Shown here: in pieces, positions 57,785 through 64,000 of the stretch
Position numbering within the stretch: position 1 is the stretch's first letter
Layout of the letters: each line of letters begins with the position of its first letter
Source: Lama guanicoe
Lineage: Eukaryota
DNA: 64,000 nucleotides
Assembly: GCA_013239625.1 (NCBI GenBank)
Contig: MU054338.1
Coordinates: forward strand, 4,241,371-4,305,370
Reading direction: 5' to 3'
Translations under genes and position numbers: made by a program
Notes under the pieces: model-generated
Seen by the model: only the letters and a program-made list of their open reading frames with translations
What the model was told of the DNA's origin: nothing
Databases searched by the model: none

Positions 57785-58874
57785 AGGGAGAGAGAGATTA
57801 TGTATGTCTGTGGGTGTGTGGGTTTTGCTGGAGTGTGTGTGGTTGTGTTTGAGATCTGTGATGTGTTCATCCCTAATTCAATGGCTCTGTGGCTGACTGA
57901 GCTGGGAGATACCGGTGTCAATGTTGTGTGTGAGCAGTGTCTGGGGCCCCTCACCTGACAGTGCCATCTGGAAGCAGACAGAGCAGGGCGCCCCTCTGCA
58001 GCTCTCTGTCTGGCCCACCTACCCTAAAAGCCTACACCTGGCCTCCTATCCCTCTCTTGACCCTGTAATTCTGTCACCCACTGACGTCTGGTGGAGCCGG
58101 GCAGCTGGGACTCAGCCTCCTACAGTCCCCAACTCCCTTCCTAGGCTGAGAGGGTGAAGCTAGTGTCCTAACCTGGCCTCCCCTCCCCAGCAAGGGGACT
58201 TTGGTCACTAGCTCTGCCCACTGGGGAGTTGGGGTGCGGTGGCATATGCCAGACACACATCCAGACCTCAAGCAAGCTCAGGCCACACAGATACATGCAC
58301 ACACAGAGTCTGACATACACAGTTACACAGTACAACTGCACAGTTTGACCCAGACACACAAAAACAGATATACACACTCAGACAAATAATGCAGCAATAT
58401 ACCCACAACAGACAGAGGCCCACAGAGACCCAGACCCAGACCTGGCTCCACGACTACCACGGGATCCACCCCCAACCCGGATGCACAGTCACAGGCTCTT
58501 GGAGACCAAGTGCGCGCATGGGAGTCGCCCACAGTGAGCACACCTCCCCCAGAGCCAGTACAACACACAACACAACCACACAACATGCACCCCAGAGACC
58601 CAAGCGGGCAGACACACACATGCATGAGCATATACACACAGAGAATCACATGGGTGTGAGCACAACACAGACCAGCCCCAAGACACACAGGCCCGGGGGC
58701 TTGCACACAACATCCACACAGTCAAAGACACACAGATACTCAATACAAACGTACCCTGCCAGACACTCAGACCCTGATACACAACTCAAAGAGACATACA
58801 GCAACTAAAATCATATGAAAGACTTAAAAAAGAAGAAGGTTGAAGGGAGAAAATAAAGTCATTTGAAAGACTGG

Positions 58875-58905
<31 letters not shown>

Positions 58906-59373
58906 GGAAAAGACAGGGCTGGAGGCCGACCTCAGCACCCAGACCCAGGAAGACAGGTAAGCACACGGAAGCCATACTTGCCCCCTTCTCTCCCATTCAC
59001 ACGGACACCGTTGGCCCAGGCATCCCAGAAATATGTTGATGAACATAGATGTGAAGACACACAGTCCACGTACACCCACCAGGGCAGGAGGCCAGCCCTC
59101 AGTTTAGCCACCCTCAGATCAAGGCGGACAGGCAGACAGACCCCTTCATGGCCTCTTGGGTGTCCACTTGGGAGCGGTGGTAGCTCAAGGCTGGTGGGGA
59201 GGGGGCTCACCCAGCAGCAGACAGAACAAGTCCAAAGCCACCAGCAGCTTGGTGGTCCAGGAGCGTGGCAATGGATGGGACAGGGGTGTCCTGCGTGGGT
59301 TCCCGGGCCACAGACACTGGTACCGGATCACCAGCTTGGGCAAGGCCAAGACGGTGTGTGGTAAGTTTATCGA
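53856..59373 (-). pseudogene. Lipid phosphate phosphatase (PLPP/PAP2, type-2 PAP)-like multi-exon gene or young pseudogene; frameshifted as assembled
   Basis: Exons: 59211-59373 (...RSWTTKLLVALDLFCLLL); 57131-57283 (VSLPIV..AHIQGCFCNDATVHDPRV...GFTVSIFT); 56119-56396 (ISLGE...YVALIYRQLGAFILGGLASCSLTSIAKMTTGLLRPH/FLAACLPD...CYITSYTC...HAR); 55966-56023 (QSFYSEHASVGMYSMVYLV); 54184-54360 (LCVQA...LLQPAIQ...GYIRVLDHWHHPCDAVFGFLQGALMAFWV); 53856-53999 (AFCISG...*). Motifs: C1 Kx6RP, C2 SxH, C3 Rx5Hx3D. Confidence 0.88.
57548..58800. repeat. Degenerate (TG)n / (CA)n low-complexity tracts in an intron of the PLPP-like gene
   Basis: TG-rich 57550-57930 including a (TG)n(AG)n run; CA-rich 58250-58800. 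Confidence 0.7.
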
Positions 59374-60039
59374 CTGTGGAGGGTGAGGGGGTGGACTGGG
59401 ATTAGAGAGGGCGGAGGGTGGCCAGCGGGTAGAGGCTGGCCTCAGAGGTGAAGACCACAGCGGGCAGGGTGGGGTCGGCTGTAGGGCAGTAATTAGCCGG
59501 CCAGGGGGGCGGGGAAGGGGAGACGGAGGCCGCTCTGACTCCATTAGCAAGGAGCCCCTGTCCCACACAGGGACTTGACTGATTTGGGGTTGGGTCCTGA
59601 AAGTGAGTGGGGTCTGGAAGAAGGCAGAGAACAAAAGGGGTGGGGCTTAAGTGCTCAGAGACCTGCCGGCCGCGAAGTCCCCGGGGAAGTCAGACTAGGG
59701 AAGGGAATGGTTCCAAAGCCTGCACAGGGAAGGGGGCACAGGGTTCCGCAAAGGCGGAACCCAGGGCAGGTCCGAGGATTTTAGATAGGAGACAGTAGGA
59801 GGGCGGAGCCTGGGGAGAGACTGGGTAGAAAAGTGGGTGGGGCAGGAGGCTGGGCGAGGCCTGGGAGGCTGAGGTCTGAGAAATGGGCAGAGCCTAAGGA
59901 GAATGACGGGAAAGCGGGCGAGACTGGGGGGTGGGCAGGGCCTGGGAAGCTGATGGCTGGGAAGTGGGCGGGGCCTAGGCAGCATGTCGGGGAGTGGGAG
60001 GGGCTAGGGAGTGGGCAGGGCTTGGGAGATTGGGGTCGG

Positions 60040-60620
60040 CTCCGGGAGGGGCAAACCCACCTTTATCAGGGTCCCGCGGGTCAGAGTCATACCGGGGTTG
60101 ACGAGAGTCCTCCTGGGCCAGCGGTTTCCGTGCTGGGCAATCCGGATCTCGGGCGATTCCCCGGTGGTCTTTTGAGGTTGAGAGCCGGGCTGGGCGGGCA
60201 GGACCTTTCCCTCTCCATCAACGGTTGCCGGGTCCTGACCCGTCTCGCCGTGAGCCCCCGCCGCGTCTCATTGGTCGGGCGCGGACCAATGGGAATTCGC
60301 CTCTGGCCTCACCACGTCTTCCACACTCCCCGGAGCAGCATCCTTCCGGCAGGGACGAGGTGCTGCGCGGAGGTGCGGACGATGAGGGTCTTCCTGCTTC
60401 CCATGATCTGTTCCCGTGTCCAAGGCTTTGTCTGATCCCGCTCCGGCCGCCCGTGTCCCCGCTCTTCCGTTTGCCAAGCTCCTTCCTCCGGGCTTTGCAT
60501 GTGATGCCGAAGACCCAGAAGAACCTTCCCTTTCTCTCAACCTGGAGGCCCCTCTCCCACCCTCCCATCCCATGCAACCCTGGACTGAGACGCCCGGTCC
60601 GCCAGGGGTCGCCCGCGGCC
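60040..60620. promoter_or_regulatory. Small CpG island with paired CCAAT boxes; candidate promoter/first exon of the PLPP-like gene
   Basis: CpG-rich; ATTGG at about 60270 and CCAAT at about 60286; minus-strand donor AAG|GTGGGT at 60061/60060. Confidence 0.5.
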
Positions 60621-60829
60621 TACACTGCGTGCTGCTGCCAAGGAAAGGGACCCAGAGGTTCGTCAAGGGAGGCAGGGCTAGGCCCCCAGAAGGAGGGCCT
60701 GAGTCTTCCCTGGGGGCAGGGTCTCGGTTCCTTTGGTTGTGCTCCCTTGGGCTTAGTCTTTGCCAGTCTCTCCAGGTCGGCCTGTGTCAGGGTGTGGCTT
60801 GAATGCCTTTGGTGGTCTCTGGGCATCTG

Positions 60830-61300
60830 ATATTGTGTGTCCCTGAATGCAAATCCCAGAGTCTTTGAGACTCTTTGAGGTTACGTGTTAGTGTGTATGT
60901 GTGACCATGGCCATGGGTGTGTCCTTGTGTGTGTGTGCCTGTGGCTAGCTTGGGCAGCTGATCTTGTGTAGTTGTGAGTATGTCTCTGGGCACGTCTCAG
61001 TACGTGACTGGGTGTGTGCCTGTATAGTGTCTCTCCACCTCTGTTTTGGTATGAGTGTGCTTGCGTCTTTGATCGTGTGTCCTTTGTGCTCTCAGTGTGC
61101 TTGATTGTGTATGCTCTGAATGTGTATCTGCTGTGTCTCTGTGTGTCTGTGGCTAGCTTTGGTGGCTGCTCCTGTGTGTGATGATGTGTCTCACTGTGTG
61201 TGCGTGTGTGTGTATGTCTGTGTGGTGTGTTTGTGTGTCTGCCTCAGTTTGTGTGATTGTGTACAGCCTGGATGGGGGTGTCTTTCGTACACCTGTGTGT
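60830..61300. repeat. Degenerate (TG)n low-complexity tract
   Basis: TGTG-rich sequence. Confidence 0.65.
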
Positions 61301-62160
61301 CTGGTGGCTGCCTCTCTGGGCAAGTTGGAGAGTCCCTTCCAGGTGGTGGCCTTGCTGGGGCTTCCTTCCTGGGGCAGACTGGCTTGCTTCCCAGCAGAAT
61401 GAGCTGGTTTCTCATGGCCCTGGCCCCTCTGAGGGGTACCTGGGGCCTGCCCTGGTCTGCCTGGGTCTTCCCCATCCCTCTGTCCTTCCACTATCCTTAG
61501 CAGGGAAACACCATTTCCTGCCTTTGATGTCACTGGTGCTAAATTTTCCCTTCCTCCAAATAGCTCAGGCCACGGGTTTCTCTGTGTGTGCACATCTGAC
61601 CACGATTCTATACTTAAAGAAAAAAACCAAAACAAAGCAAAACAGTACCACATGGAAAATGCAAGTGGGCGAGAACACTTAACCCAGTGAAAGGTCCACC
61701 TTTTCTTAATCAGATCATTGCCCTGAATCCCCCTAGCTTTTTATATACCTTCCAAATATACAGCTCTGAAACCAAATCCTCATTCTTTGTTTTCTTAGCC
61801 TTCAGAGATCTGTATCGAGCCCCAGAGAGATGACTCAACCTCCTCCACGGCTTGATTACTGAACTGATCGTATGAACGATAATCTGACCATTTCTCTTTT
61901 GATGACTCTTTTGGCTATTTCCATTCTGAACACCTCCTGACTATCTTTTTTGCCCAGATGTCCACGCCCCCTGGCAGCAATGACGGCCAACCCTACCGAG
62001 CACTTACTCTATGCCAGGTGTGGTTCTGGCTCCTGATTCTGGACAATAATCCTATGAGGTGGTCACTGGGTTAGGCACACTTCCTGGATGGAAACACTGA
62101 GGCAGAGAGGTGAAGGCATTTGCTCAAGATCATACCACTCACTAGCAAGAGGCAAAGCTG

Positions 62161-62290
62161 AGGGTGGGGAAGGTAGAACTCAGTGGTGGAGCACACACTT
62201 AGCAGCATGAGATCCTGGGTTCAGCCTGCCATACCTCCATTTAAAATAAATAAATAAACCTAATTATGCCCCCCCCCAATGAAAAAAAAT
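62161..62290 (+). mobile_element. tRNA-derived SINE (camelid Vic-1-like), diverged
   Basis: GGGGAAGGTAGAACTCAGTGGTGGAGC...TCCTGGGTTCAG...AAATAAACCTAATTATGCCCCC; TSD agaggcaaagctg / agaggcagagctg. Confidence 0.75.
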
Positions 62291-63439
62291 AGAGGCAGAG
62301 CTGGGATTTGAAGCCAAGTGATTTGAATCTCCTGCTATTGCTATTCCTCAACACCCGTGCACACATGGATCACCACCCCCCTTCCTTATCCTTGAACACA
62401 CAGCATCACATTGGAAACCCACCATTCCAGAGCAGCTGTGTAGGCACCCCAATTCCACAGTCTAGTTGCACCATCATGCCTTGTGTTTACACGCTACCAC
62501 AGTGCACTCCCCGAGACCAATTCTTTCCTTCCCTTTTTTTCTTCTTTTCTTGATTCCGCCCCCGGCCCCCACCCACTGGGTCCTGTGCCCTCTCATTGTG
62601 CATTTACCCAGTAATCAGTAACAGTCTTTGTCAGGCTCTACCTTTGCCCCCGGGGACACAGATCCAGGCCAGCTGGAAGTTGACACTGGGGGAAACCACA
62701 TATGGTTTAGGGAGTAGTCAGTTGGGAACCCAGAGAGGAGATGGGTTTTGCTGGGGAAAATCAAGGTACACTTCCTGGAGGAGGTGCCTGCTCACTGGGT
62801 CTCCCAGGGGGAAGAGGAGTGCTCCCCCCTCCAACTGCTTCCTGCCCAGTCCCTCCTGTGAGCCGTATGATGGTGACGGTGAGGATTCAGACTCTTCCCC
62901 TAGAGGCGAGGGAAACCAGGGCCCACGCTTACCTCGGGGAGACCGCGGAGCACGGAGGTGCGACTCCACGGAACGTGGGGTGCTAGTGAGCACTCCATAG
63001 TGGGCGGGTCCGCCTGGCTCAGATGTCCCGACCACAGCAACACGTCATGGCGCTCCCTGTCTGTGGCCTGAGCCTTCCCCGGGCTGCCAGGCCTTGTTTC
63101 CCCTCCCTGGAGGGGGTGTATTGAGATCTGCTAAGCCCCTTGGGGTCCAGAGGAATTCAGAAGAGTTGCTGTGAGCCCTTGGCTAAGGGACTGTAACTTT
63201 TGGAGTCCTAGTTTTTTGCATCCACATCCTGGAGTTGTAGAAAGGTTCCCTGATCCAGCTCACCTTTAAAGAGCATTTGCCACGTGTCTGGCACTGCTCA
63301 CAGCAAGCTCTCAACCCCACTCGGAGATCTACTCTTATTCCCACTTAACAGATGGAAAAAATTAGGCTCAGAGAGGTGAAGCAGCTTTCTCCAGATCACA
63401 CAGCAAGAGCTTTTGAGAGCTGAAATTCAAGACACTAGA

Positions 63440-63752
63440 GCAGGGGCAGCACACTTTCCTTTAAAAGGGACCAGAGAAAGTAAATATTTGGTGTTTTGTG
63501 AGCCAGACCGTCTCTGTTGTAACTACGCCACTCTGCCAGAGCCTTTCAAAAGCCACCATGCACAATGCGGAAACGAATGAGCATGGCTGGCTGCCGAGAA
63601 CATTTTGATTGGTGAACGCTGAAATTTGAATGTCATATCATCTGCACATGTCAGGAAATAGTCGTCCTGTGACTTTTCCCAGCTGCTTCAAAATGAAAGC
63701 AACCAAACAAAAAATTCGTAGTTGGTGGACTGTGGTTGACCGCTAGAGCCTA
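63440..63752 (+). mobile_element. MER58-like DNA transposon remnant
   Basis: caggggcagcacactttc...aagggaccagagaaagtaaatattt...aaacgaatgagcatggctg...gctgaaatttgaatgtcatat. Confidence 0.6.
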
Positions 63753-64000
63753 GGCTGGTCACTGACAGTCTATACTTCATTCATTCATATCTTCATTCAT
63801 TCATTCAGTATTATCCAGGCCTGCAGTTTTCTAGGTCCTGGAGGAAGGATGGGGACAGGGCAGAGGAAGACGCTCCTCTTTGGGAGAGAACACTTTTGTG
63901 GGGGAAACAACTGTAAGCAAGTAAACAAACAAACCAAAGTATTTCACGTGGTGGAAACTGCTAGAAAGGAAATTTCATGGGGTGATGTAACCCGGGGCCC

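Noticed and set aside
53856..59373. Processed (retro) pseudogene of PLPP1/2/3
   Set aside because: Coding segments are separated by introns with splice signals at ancestral positions; no poly-A/TSD signature.
57545..61682. His/Thr- or Cys/Val-rich ORFs
   Set aside because: Translations of (CA)n/(TG)n-like low-complexity DNA.
59833..64000. TNFSF9 (expected next gene by human synteny)
   Set aside because: No type II TM plus TNF-homology-domain exons recognised; presumably beyond the window end.

Overview
Mammalian genomic DNA, GC-rich and gene-dense, syntenic with human 19p13.3. Five tRNA-derived SINEs resemble the camelid type, so the source is probably Camelus/Vicugna/Lama (inference). Genes were reconstructed exon by exon from GT/AG boundaries: KHSRP exons 1-4 (-, partial), SLC25A41 (-, 7 exons, 368 aa), SLC25A23 (-, 10 exons, 468 aa), CRB3 (+, ERLI and CLPI isoforms), DENND1C (-, 23 exons, 806 aa) and TUBB4A (-, 4 exons). 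The main surprise lies upstream of TUBB4A (about 53.6-60.3 kb, - strand): a multi-exon, diverged lipid phosphate phosphatase (PLPP/PAP2) paralogue. It has PLPP1/2/3-like intron positions and recognisable C1/C2/C3 motifs, and I do not recognise it as a named gene at this locus. As assembled it carries about five 1-bp deletions, so it is either a young pseudogene or an intact gene with consensus errors. KHSRP exon 1 (about 76 nt short) and TUBB4A exon 4 (14 nt short, in the T7-loop codons) are also frameshifted, which may be assembly error. Other notable structure: a CAGGTG E-box array upstream of CRB3, a 10-CCAAT cluster at the KHSRP promoter, and a 160-bp duplication flanking the last SLC25A41 exon.
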